Source: an uncultured virus (IMG/VR IMGVR_UViG_3300043567_001092) (lineage: Duplodnaviria > Heunggongvirae > Uroviricota > Caudoviricetes). Taken from it: a DNA stretch of 62,719 nt. Under the pieces are notes generated by a model. It worked only from the letters and a program-made list of their open reading frames with translations, did not search any database and was not told the DNA's origin. Each line of letters opens with the position of its first letter. Positions within the stretch are counted from its first letter, which is position 1. This document shows, piece after piece, positions 8,868 to 17,073 of this stretch. Made by a program: the position numbers and the translations under genes. Where the stretch lies: IMG/VR virus record IMGVR_UViG_3300043567_001092, one strand, 5' to 3'.

Positions 8868-9055
8868 GAAAGCGCGAAGAAATAAGTGTTATAAACAGCA
8901 TAGACCAGATTTCTAGAAACAAAATGCTTATTCAAGTAGGTACGCCTGTACGTAATCAGATTGTTAGCAGATTGCGCGACAATCTTTTAAATGAACTATT
9001 AGACCAACTGTATATGCATACGGCTTATTACCTCAATGAGAGGGTGACAAAATGA
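8864..9055 (+). CDS. MKKRxQ-family microprotein 18
   Basis: Starts MRKREEI. Confidence 0.8.
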   Translation: MRKREEISVINSIDQISRNKMLIQVGTPVRNQIVSRLRDNLLNELLDQLYMHTAYYLNERVTK

Positions 9056-9249
9056 AAAAAAGGATTGAGATTGATTCCATGGTTTTTGATAAGATTCAGG
9101 AGCATCTTTTTAATTTTTATTTCGATAAGAGAATTGATCGGTCGCTATACAAGAAATTCTTAGATGATCTTGAGGAATCTGACGCAAACAATTCCGTCAA
9201 TCTTATAATGTCGGCAGTAATTTGGCGCATTGAAAGGGAAACACTATGA
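9052..9249 (+). CDS. MKKRxQ-family microprotein 19
   Basis: Starts MKKRIEI. Confidence 0.8.
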   Translation: MKKRIEIDSMVFDKIQEHLFNFYFDKRIDRSLYKKFLDDLEESDANNSVNLIMSAVIWRIERETL

Positions 9250-9443
9250 AAAAACGTGATCAAATTAACTATCAACTTTATGAGCTATACTTTGAATTTA
9301 ATAAACTGTATCCAAAGTTATCATCAACAAATGATTATTACGTAATTAATACTGCAACAAGAACAGCACTTTATGATATGTTTTACGGTGAAATTAGATG
9401 GCATCTTAAAGGTTTTGTGAGAGATTTTAAGGGTTTGTCATGA
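9246..9443 (+). CDS. MKKRxQ-family microprotein 20
   Basis: Starts MKKRDQI. Confidence 0.8.
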   Translation: MKKRDQINYQLYELYFEFNKLYPKLSSTNDYYVINTATRTALYDMFYGEIRWHLKGFVRDFKGLS

Positions 9444-9634
9444 TAAAGCGTAAGCAGATTAACGACAAAGTACATAGTAGACTACTCAAAGTGTGCTTTT
9501 CTAAATTAAAATTACCCAACAATGTTTACTTCGCAATTCATGACAGGCTTACTGAAAAACTATATGAAATTAGTTGGGGGCAGATTAGAAGCAAGGTTTA
9601 CGACGAAATACATATGATAAGTAAAGTGAATTAA
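9440..9634 (+). CDS. MKKRxQ-family microprotein 21
   Basis: Starts MIKRKQI. Confidence 0.8.
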   Translation: MIKRKQINDKVHSRLLKVCFSKLKLPNNVYFAIHDRLTEKLYEISWGQIRSKVYDEIHMISKVN

Positions 9635-9635
9635 A

Positions 9636-9827
9636 ATGACTAAAAGATATCAATTAACAGACAGATTATATACCAGCGTACTAAGAGTATACATGCCGTC
9701 CTCTTCTTGGGTATATGACATGCTGCTTGATGAAATTTATAATCCCATTTATTTACAACTTAGGGATCAACTTAGAGAACACGTTCGCAACAGTATCGAA
9801 TCGTTAAAGCAAAGTGAACTAAAATGA
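9636..9827 (+). CDS. MKKRxQ-family microprotein 22
   Basis: Starts MTKRYQL. Confidence 0.8.
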   Translation: MTKRYQLTDRLYTSVLRVYMPSSSWVYDMLLDEIYNPIYLQLRDQLREHVRNSIESLKQSELK

Positions 9828-10021
9828 TTAAAAGAGAGCAGATCGACAGCCAGATAGATATTATATTATATGCATACGTTGATGAACAAATTTATTATCA
9901 ATTGGATAAGCTTTTTGAAAATTTCTTGAGAGAAGAGCTTGATGACCAATTATATACGGAGCTTGATATAAATCTTCGTCTTGAGCTGTACAGATATCTA
10001 AATAATGGGGTATTAAGATGA
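9824..10021 (+). CDS. MKKRxQ-family microprotein 23
   Basis: Starts MIKREQI. Confidence 0.8.
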   Translation: MIKREQIDSQIDIILYAYVDEQIYYQLDKLFENFLREELDDQLYTELDINLRLELYRYLNNGVLR

Positions 10022-10203
10022 AGAAGAGAGAATGTTTAGAGATGAAATTAGGTGATAAACTAGCTTTCAAATATTATAATGAGTTACAAGATGGCCAACA
10101 CCATTTAATATACGCTCATGTAAAAAAAACTCTCGTGAAAGAGGTTCACCAAAATGTTAGAACTCAGCTAAGTGCCTATCTGAGAGCAGAGGTACCAAAG
10201 TGA
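10018..10203 (+). CDS. MKKRxQ-family microprotein 24
   Basis: Starts MKKRECL. Confidence 0.8.
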   Translation: MKKRECLEMKLGDKLAFKYYNELQDGQHHLIYAHVKKTLVKEVHQNVRTQLSAYLRAEVPK

Positions 10204-10421
10204 TAAAACGCGAGCAGATTGATAGTCATATATATACTTTTATCTATGATGATTTATACAATCAGCTATATGGTCAAATTAGCGTCACGTGCGGTAAATG
10301 GACATTTGACTATGTTTACAGTAGTTTAACTTTGCAGTATTATAACTTATCATCAGATGGCCAGTACAGCTCTTTGGTAAACATCGTTTTAACTGATCTA
10401 GAGAAAAAGGTGTTGAAATGA
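10200..10421 (+). CDS. MKKRxQ-family microprotein 25
   Basis: GTG start, MIKREQI. Confidence 0.8.
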   Translation: MIKREQIDSHIYTFIYDDLYNQLYGQISVTCGKWTFDYVYSSLTLQYYNLSSDGQYSSLVNIVLTDLEKKVLK

Positions 10422-10597
10422 GAAAAAGAGAGCAGATTGACAACACATTGGATGACAATATAAGAGACATTTTGAATGTCAGCTTGGGCTCTAACTTTAG
10501 AAATCAAATGTTTTCACGTATTTATAGAAATGTTAGCGCAAGGGCTGATCTGCTACATTTTATATATTACTATATAAGTACACAAAAGGTTAAATAA
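10418..10597 (+). CDS. MKKRxQ-family microprotein 26 (59 aa, below track cutoff)
   Basis: Starts MRKREQI. Confidence 0.8.
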   Translation: MRKREQIDNTLDDNIRDILNVSLGSNFRNQMFSRIYRNVSARADLLHFIYYYISTQKVK

Positions 10598-10797
10598 TGA
10601 GGAAAAGAGTACAGATAGACAGACAAATTAATGAGAATCTCAGAGACCCTTTTTACGTAAAGCTTAGTAATCAATTTAATTATTATGCTTACAATGACAT
10701 TAGGTCTAACCTATACCCAGAACTTTTCTTGATTGTATACGATCAATTATATAATAATATATATTATGTCATGAGAGAATTGGTAGTGTCAAAATGA
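10597..10797 (+). CDS. MKKRxQ-family microprotein 27
   Basis: Starts MRKRVQI. Confidence 0.8.
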   Translation: MRKRVQIDRQINENLRDPFYVKLSNQFNYYAYNDIRSNLYPELFLIVYDQLYNNIYYVMRELVVSK

Positions 10798-11039
10798 AAA
10801 AGCGAGATCGGTTACTAGATAACACAATGAGTCGGTTAATAGATCTTTTAGAAGACAGGCTTGAGAATAAGATAGTGGATTATTTGGGTTGTCAGTTAGA
10901 TGATAAGTTATATTATGAGTTTAGAAGTGAGTTAAGAATTAAGTTTTATGATCGGTTAGTAGATCAAATGAATAATCAACTAAGACATCATTTAAGGACG
11001 CAAGTATATGGAGTCGAGAGAAAACATAGAAATATTTGA
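10794..11039 (+). CDS. MKKRxQ-family microprotein 28
   Basis: Starts MKKRDRL, clear 4-residue Leu periodicity. Confidence 0.8.
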   Translation: MKKRDRLLDNTMSRLIDLLEDRLENKIVDYLGCQLDDKLYYEFRSELRIKFYDRLVDQMNNQLRHHLRTQVYGVERKHRNI

Positions 11040-11187
11040 TTATACTCGTATAATAATGAGATCGTCATATTTTTCTTCTAACAAAATTATATTTGAAACA
11101 GATCAAAAGCTCATGTGTATGCTAATTCCATTTTTTCTAGAAATGAGGCAGCAAATCAGGGAGCATATTACGGGCAATTGCAAATGA
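11008..11187 (+). CDS. MKKRxQ-family microprotein 29 (divergent, 59 aa)
   Basis: Starts MESRENI, contains MRQQIREHI, ATGA overlap with the next gene. Confidence 0.6.
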   Translation: MESRENIEIFDYTRIIMRSSYFSSNKIIFETDQKLMCMLIPFFLEMRQQIREHITGNCK

Positions 11188-11363
11188 AGAAACGTAAACA
11201 GATTTTCTTGAAGGAATATAACCGCGTATTTACTAAAATGGGTATGCCACTTCCGTCTTCAGTTGAAGAGGCGGTAGAAACTCAGTTAAAAGATAAGCTT
11301 AGGGATGAATTGTTACACCAACTTAGGCTTCACGTTAAAACCCATTTAATGGAAATGAAATGA
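11184..11363 (+). CDS. MKKRxQ-family microprotein 30
   Basis: Internal ATG gives MKKRKQI. Confidence 0.8.
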   Translation: MKKRKQIFLKEYNRVFTKMGMPLPSSVEEAVETQLKDKLRDELLHQLRLHVKTHLMEMK

Positions 11364-11554
11364 TTAAAAGAAAAATGATACAATACAATTTTAAGACTTT
11401 GTTCCACGATTGCCTGTATTCTCAACTTGAGCCAATATTGTATCATAGGCTAAGAGACAGCTTAAACCATAAGCTTCAGCACTATACGCATAACCCACTT
11501 AAGATAGAGCTTTACTATCACATGAATGAAAAGAAAAGCTCCAATTCTAATTAA
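11360..11554 (+). CDS. MKKRxQ-family microprotein 31
   Basis: Starts MIKRKMI. Confidence 0.78.
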   Translation: MIKRKMIQYNFKTLFHDCLYSQLEPILYHRLRDSLNHKLQHYTHNPLKIELYYHMNEKKSSNSN

Positions 11555-14500
11555 GCAACACCAACTGGTTGATATTCAACAGAAATTGCCCATTGAATAG
11601 TCGCACCACTAGTACCATAAACAACCGCAACAACATCATTACCTGAAAGAGCAAATGTAATTGCATAGTCGCTACCATCGCCATCATATCCATTGATGTT
11701 TGAGATAGGGCTTCCAGCAGCTTGAGCCGTTCCACCTGATCTGTAGAAAGTTCCCTCTAAAGCAAATGAACTAACACCGAGTGGGCCATCGCTTCTTCTA
11801 GCAACTGCATTAACTTTAATTCTATAAGAATAGTTATCAGATAAAGTAACTTCAGATCCGCTAATGATTGTACCAGTAGCTCCAACAACAACTTGCGCAG
11901 CAGTTTTTCTAGTTACCGCTGAGTCTGGATGAGATGAATGAGTTTTAAGTTTCTCTACACCAGTCCAAACTTCTTTTGGTTTATTGTTTTCTCTACCGAT
12001 TACAAAGCTTTGGTCTGTAGATTCATTGAATATTCCACCAAGCGCACTTGTTCCGCCAGCGATTGCAATTGAACCTCTGTTAATGAAACTTGTTTCGCCA
12101 CCGTTTACGTTTGAAGCAGTTATATTAACCGGTCTTCCTGGGGAAGTTTGAATATCAGCGCCAGTATTATAAGCCGCTTGTAAACTGATGTCAGCAGATT
12201 TAGCTGCTAATACAGATCCATAAGAAGCCATGGCTCTGAAACGGAGTCTAGTATTAGGTGGTAAAGTACGCTTAAGTCTGATCTTAGCTTTTGGGCCACC
12301 AAACGTTTCAACGTAATCGTAACCAGCTTCTCTGATTCCATCATTAACAATAACTAAAAGCTCTTCGCCAGTTAAGCTCAACTCAGTTGTTTGTTTATAA
12401 ACTGAATGTGCTCCGTAAGTACCGATACCGCCAGCAGAAAGAACTTCTGTACGTTTATTCGGTGGAAGAACTAATTCTGTTCCAGTATCACCAAGTGGTG
12501 CTGGATCTCCATAAAGTGATACGCCAGCAAAAGGACCATCACCTGGGTTATTCACGGTTCCTACCATATTGCCGTTTTGGTAAATGCTTGTACCATCAGC
12601 AAAGGTACCATTAACTATGTTAATGACAATTGAATTACTACCTTGTAGACCGCCCGGCATAACGATAGAAGCAGATTCTATTGTTTCAGTTACATCGGCA
12701 CTTCCGTGAAGAACCCAGGCTAGGGAGGTGGGACTTTCGATTGAACCTTGGTAGATGTAACTGCCTGAGCGTATAATATCTCCGCCAAAATTTGGCGTAA
12801 AATCCATTTTTTGTATATAGACAGACTCATCGTATACTGGTCTCTTAAGAGCAGTATTGATGCTCCCAACATTCCTGTCCTGTTTTCTATGTGCCAAAGT
12901 CAAATTGTCTTGGTCTTCAATGTGCTGATTAACTTGGTAATAAGCCAAAGTATCACTAACACTTAAAGCTGAAATATTTTGATCAACTATAACTGTAATA
13001 GACGACAATGGGAATTTAACTGTGTAATAATGGTGATTTCCACTTAAGTCAATAAACTCAAGCTTATCACCAGTTTGATAACCTAAAAGGTTTGAAGCAC
13101 TCAAAGTAATCATTTGAGTTTTAGCGTCTAATGCTATAACCTCAACTTGAGATTTATAGATGTAAGATCCGCTAGCATCTGCAATACTGTAGTTTGGATT
13201 AACTGCAGATTCAGTCATCGCACCAGTGTAAACTAAGTGGTTTGAACCTTGGTTATCGTTAACCTGTCTTACTTCACCTGGCTCCATCTCTAAAGATCTG
13301 AAGTAAACTTTAGCAGAATTATTGTTATCTCTACGTAATGCAAACCAGTAGATATCTGAAGAGTTTTCAACTAGATAATGCTTAGTAACAAAAACGTCAG
13401 AGTAAACACCTTTAGTATAAACCATAGCGCCAGTGTTAGCTGGTCTGTGTACTGTGCTAGGTGCTTGGCCATCGTTTCCGACTAAGATCATAGATGATGT
13501 TGAGATGCTGCCAATTTTTAACCAATGAGAATCTTCTTCATTAGCAAACTTAACAAAGTCTCCTACTTCTAATAGATTACCGCTGATATCTAAGAAGTTA
13601 CCAGCAATTGTAGCACTTCCGCCCAATGTACTGTAAACAACACCATTAGAGATTGGTTGATTTCTTTCTAACTTAACAAAAGCAACTTCGCCATCTTCCA
13701 AGAAAGCTGTGCCAGTTACGCCACTTGTGTTAAACTTGTTAGCTTCAGGTGAAGATCCAGTAGTATCTACTGTAGCAGTTTGTGGAATAGTGATAGCTAA
13801 ATCACCGACAACAGACTTAACAACCATGTCACCAGTCCATTGAACCGGACCTGCGTATGGATTATTGTCGAAATTTAAGAATACATTTTGGATACCAGTG
13901 TTAGTGAAATCAGTTCCGCTTGGGATCTCAGTAGTGCTAGTTAATTTAAATGATGTAGCATCAATGTAAGTTAACGTAACTAGCTTATATGCTTTAATAA
14001 AAGGAGATAAATTTGAATCGCCATGAATAACAACTGTAGTTGATGGGTTAGAAACTAAACCATGATCAACAGTAGTAGTTACTTTAACTTCAGTAGCAGA
14101 AAGCTTTTGGATAGAAACAATTCTATTTGGATTAGCTACAGTAGTTTCAGCAACAACTGTATCAAAACAGATATCACCACTAGCACTGAATAATTCAGGT
14201 AATGCGCTATCTTGTCCAACTGTGTATTGAGCTTTATCGCCAGCGATACAGAAAATTGCTTGATTAGTTGTATTGTAAGTATTTGAAATAGCGCCAGTAA
14301 CAGTTGTAATAACTTTGTGGAAAGCTATCTCAGCGTAACCGCCAGTATTAATTTGTGTAATTGCTGGATATCCTAGATCAACTGTGATATCTTCACTTAC
14401 CCCAATGCTTTCAATAGTTTTAATACCGCTAGCTTCTCTATTAGGAGCGCCGATAACTACTAAGTCAGATAATAAAACAACTTGTTTAGCAATAAAGCTA

Positions 14501-16302
14501 GTGCCAGATGGTAAGGCAACTATAGTAGATGAGATAAATAAAGTATTTGTAGCAACATTAATATCTAAGATGTAAGCATAACCGCCAGTGATGTTTGCAT
14601 CAGTAATTTTCATACCGTTTTCAAATGAAGAGATATTACCAGAAGTTACTGCTATATAGTTAGCGCCACCAACAAAAACAGTTGTACCTGTAACTGGAGC
14701 TTTAAACGTATTTCTTGGAATAGTTAAAACAGCAAAGCCAGGGGTTGCATCCATAGTAGCATTTGTGATTTCTAACGGTGAAGTAAATGGATGTCTAACT
14801 GTTTGATCAGTTAAATCAACGCCATTGGTACCGCTTACAGTTGCTACACCGCTTTGTTGTTTATTAACAGCATAAGTTAAAACATTGCCTTGGATCTTTA
14901 AAATTCTGTGTGTTCCAGTAGCTGAATCATCTGCTGCAGAAATGCCAGAAACTTTAATGAATTGACCAGGCGCGAAGTTGGCGATGTTAGAAACATTGAT
15001 ACTAATTAAAGAAAACGAAAAATCTGATACAGAGTTAGTTACGTTCTCATAACTCCAGCTATTGATATTACCAGCAGTAGTGCTAGATGATTTTCTTTGT
15101 AAAGTACCAAGTCTAGCTGTGTTATGTGGCTCATCAATTAAAAGCCAGCTAGCAGAAGATGGTCTAAACTTGCGTCTGAATCTTAAGCTCTCTGAATAAA
15201 CAAAACCAGCAGAAGTCAATGAGTTAATTAAGGTGCTGTTATTATTAAATGAAGTAACTGTAGCTTTAACACCAGAAGTAGCACCCTCAACATACGCATC
15301 ACCAGATAAAACAGTTGAATCAGTGAATGATGACTGATAGTTACCATCAGTTGGAGTAGTAGTCTCTAAAACTAAGTTGTAAGAAATAGCGCCAGAACCA
15401 GTTAAAACTGATCCAACAGAATCCCACCAAACGCTATTAATAGTTGGTGAACCAGAACCTGCAACAGAGTTTGTATACCAGTAGTTTGACCCAGTTATCT
15501 CTTTTAATCGGGTCATGATGCTATCCATCCAATCCTTAAGATTTTTGATAGCAAAATCACCGTAGTCAAAAGCTTGAACGTCTTTACCAGGAGTTACAGA
15601 AACTGGATTAGCTCCAACAACGTCTGAAGTCCATTCTTTTCTTCCATCTAATGTTTGGGTATTTGTTAAGTTGCCCCAGTTGAAAGAATTAGCTGGATCT
15701 GGGTTAGCTCCACCAGAACCTAAACGAAATAAGTTTTGAGTTGCTTTTGTAATAGAAGAAACTTTACCGTTAACATCAGTATAAACTATGTATAGAGGTA
15801 AATAAGTACTGAAACCAATTGGAGAAATAATATAACGGTATTCTAATACTTTACCGATAGCTGTGCTTCTTTGGTATTCTAATTTTTGAGATGCAGACCA
15901 TCCGCTCATTGCGTCGATAGTCGAAGTATCTGTAACGCGTCTGTAATCCAAAGAGACATAGTTCGCAACACCTGATTGGAATGAACCGATAACTTTATTA
16001 TTGCTTGAATCTAAGATATCGTTTGCAGTTCCAGCAGGTACGGTCAAGATTGTTCCAGATTCAGATGCAGTTGAATGTAAGATTGCTGAATCAGAAACTT
16101 CTATTTCAAGGTTAGTTGCAGCAATTGCATTTTGAGGAATTTTTATTCTGAATCCTCTGATAAGATAAGGTTTATTTAAACCAGTTACCATACCTCGGAT
16201 AAAAGAATCAAAATCATATGCAACCGAAGACTCGATGCTCTTTACATGAGAAACATCTAATCTTGCACCACTAAAAAAATTTAGTCTACGTTTTACGCTC
16301 AC
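11551..16302 (-). CDS. Large virion protein (baseplate-attached fibre-like, 1583 aa)
   Basis: Follows the baseplate genes, beta-rich modules, late motif upstream. Confidence 0.65.
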   Translation of the reverse strand: MSVKRRLNFFSGARLDVSHVKSIESSVAYDFDSFIRGMVTGLNKPYLIRGFRIKIPQNAIAATNLEIEVSDSAILHSTASESGTILTVPAGTANDILDSSNNKVIGSFQSGVANYVSLDYRRVTDTSTIDAMSGWSASQKLEYQRSTAIGKVLEYRYIISPIGFSTYLPLYIVYTDVNGKVSSITKATQNLFRLGSGGANPDPANSFNWGNLTNTQTLDGRKEWTSDVVGANPVSVTPGKDVQAFDYGDFAIKNLKDWMDSIMTRLKEITGSNYWYTNSVAGSGSPTINSVWWDSVGSVLTGSGAISYNLVLETTTPTDGNYQSSFTDSTVLSGDAYVEGATSGVKATVTSFNNNSTLINSLTSAGFVYSESLRFRRKFRPSSASWLLIDEPHNTARLGTLQRKSSSTTAGNINSWSYENVTNSVSDFSFSLISINVSNIANFAPGQFIKVSGISAADDSATGTHRILKIQGNVLTYAVNKQQSGVATVSGTNGVDLTDQTVRHPFTSPLEITNATMDATPGFAVLTIPRNTFKAPVTGTTVFVGGANYIAVTSGNISSFENGMKITDANITGGYAYILDINVATNTLFISSTIVALPSGTSFIAKQVVLLSDLVVIGAPNREASGIKTIESIGVSEDITVDLGYPAITQINTGGYAEIAFHKVITTVTGAISNTYNTTNQAIFCIAGDKAQYTVGQDSALPELFSASGDICFDTVVAETTVANPNRIVSIQKLSATEVKVTTTVDHGLVSNPSTTVVIHGDSNLSPFIKAYKLVTLTYIDATSFKLTSTTEIPSGTDFTNTGIQNVFLNFDNNPYAGPVQWTGDMVVKSVVGDLAITIPQTATVDTTGSSPEANKFNTSGVTGTAFLEDGEVAFVKLERNQPISNGVVYSTLGGSATIAGNFLDISGNLLEVGDFVKFANEEDSHWLKIGSISTSSMILVGNDGQAPSTVHRPANTGAMVYTKGVYSDVFVTKHYLVENSSDIYWFALRRDNNNSAKVYFRSLEMEPGEVRQVNDNQGSNHLVYTGAMTESAVNPNYSIADASGSYIYKSQVEVIALDAKTQMITLSASNLLGYQTGDKLEFIDLSGNHHYYTVKFPLSSITVIVDQNISALSVSDTLAYYQVNQHIEDQDNLTLAHRKQDRNVGSINTALKRPVYDESVYIQKMDFTPNFGGDIIRSGSYIYQGSIESPTSLAWVLHGSADVTETIESASIVMPGGLQGSNSIVINIVNGTFADGTSIYQNGNMVGTVNNPGDGPFAGVSLYGDPAPLGDTGTELVLPPNKRTEVLSAGGIGTYGAHSVYKQTTELSLTGEELLVIVNDGIREAGYDYVETFGGPKAKIRLKRTLPPNTRLRFRAMASYGSVLAAKSADISLQAAYNTGADIQTSPGRPVNITASNVNGGETSFINRGSIAIAGGTSALGGIFNESTDQSFVIGRENNKPKEVWTGVEKLKTHSSHPDSAVTRKTAAQVVVGATGTIISGSEVTLSDNYSYRIKVNAVARRSDGPLGVSSFALEGTFYRSGGTAQAAGSPISNINGYDGDGSDYAITFALSGNDVVAVVYGTSGATIQWAISVEYQPVGVA

Positions 16303-16331
16303 GGCAATACCTCGAATTTTATGTATCTATA

Positions 16332-16339
16332 AGATTAGG
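16332..16339 (-). promoter_or_regulatory. Putative late promoter motif CCTAATCT
   Basis: Intergenic, about 30 bp upstream of the 16302 start. Confidence 0.7.
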
Positions 16340-16828
16340 CTAAATTGCAAATCCAGGAGTGGCGTACATACCGTCAAACTGTAGCGCAACCTCAACTAAT
16401 CCTTTGGCAGAAACCCCAAGAGTATATGAGCCAATTTTACAATAATCAGCCGAAAGTACTAGGTTTTGGGTAGATCTGTCGTATATTCTAATGTGCATGT
16501 ATTTAGATAAAGCAGCAATGTTATTGCTCTGTTTTCCGCCCTCAACATCATTAGATGATGGGCCAGATTTTTGTCTGTGGGGAACTAGCCCCATGCTTTC
16601 AACTGTCGAGCCTTTTGGTAAGAATATAGTCATTGACCCTTTAACAAAAGATGCAGCCGCACCTTGAGCTATTTCAGTAGGTAAAACTGAGTCAACTCCA
16701 TAAGTTACCTTCTGACCATTTACAACAGAGAAGTTCAAATTCTTAACGAATCCAATAGTTTTTTCATCGCCTGATTCATAGGCCACGCGCATAACTAGCG
16801 ACGCGCCAGTATGTGTTTTCGGTGTCAT
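16340..16828 (-). CDS. Tail tube-like protein (tube paralog / initiator)
   Basis: KTHTGASL..IGFVKNLNFSV..PTEI pattern parallels the tube gene at 49273-49776. Confidence 0.6.
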   Translation of the reverse strand: MTPKTHTGASLVMRVAYESGDEKTIGFVKNLNFSVVNGQKVTYGVDSVLPTEIAQGAAASFVKGSMTIFLPKGSTVESMGLVPHRQKSGPSSNDVEGGKQSNNIAALSKYMHIRIYDRSTQNLVLSADYCKIGSYTLGVSAKGLVEVALQFDGMYATPGFAI

Positions 16829-17073
16829 GCGTTACCTCCAAAATTAACGTAAGGTGGAATAGTACCAAAATCTATTCCAAACTTGCTTTTGCTTAAGTTT
16901 GCGATAATCTTAAGCTTTTCCCGTGAACGCGATAACGCATCTTTAATATCATCAATGTTTCCTGCGTATGGACCTAAGTCTTCTAAATCACTAAGCTCTT
17001 CAGCAAGGTTGATGTACTTATAAAGCTCAGCCTCATATAAAGATCTAATAGTGTATTCATCAGAAGACATCAT
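16825..17073 (-). CDS. Hypothetical protein
   Basis: ATGA overlaps on both sides. Confidence 0.6.
   Translation of the reverse strand: MMSSDEYTIRSLYEAELYKYINLAEELSDLEDLGPYAGNIDDIKDALSRSREKLKIIANLSKSKFGIDFGTIPPYVNFGGNA

Larger units (their letters stand above)
5626..11554 (+). other. Tandem array of 31 paralogous MKKRxQ microprotein genes
   Basis: Contiguous 171-249 nt ORFs joined mostly by ATGA/TAATG overlaps or 0-4 nt gaps, sharing the N-terminal tag. Confidence 0.9.

Noticed and set aside
5626..11554. CRISPR array or integron cassette array as the explanation for the ~190-bp periodicity
   Set aside because: The junctions are degenerate and protein-coding, with no identical palindromic repeats or attC-like sites. 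No cas or integrase gene is present in the window.
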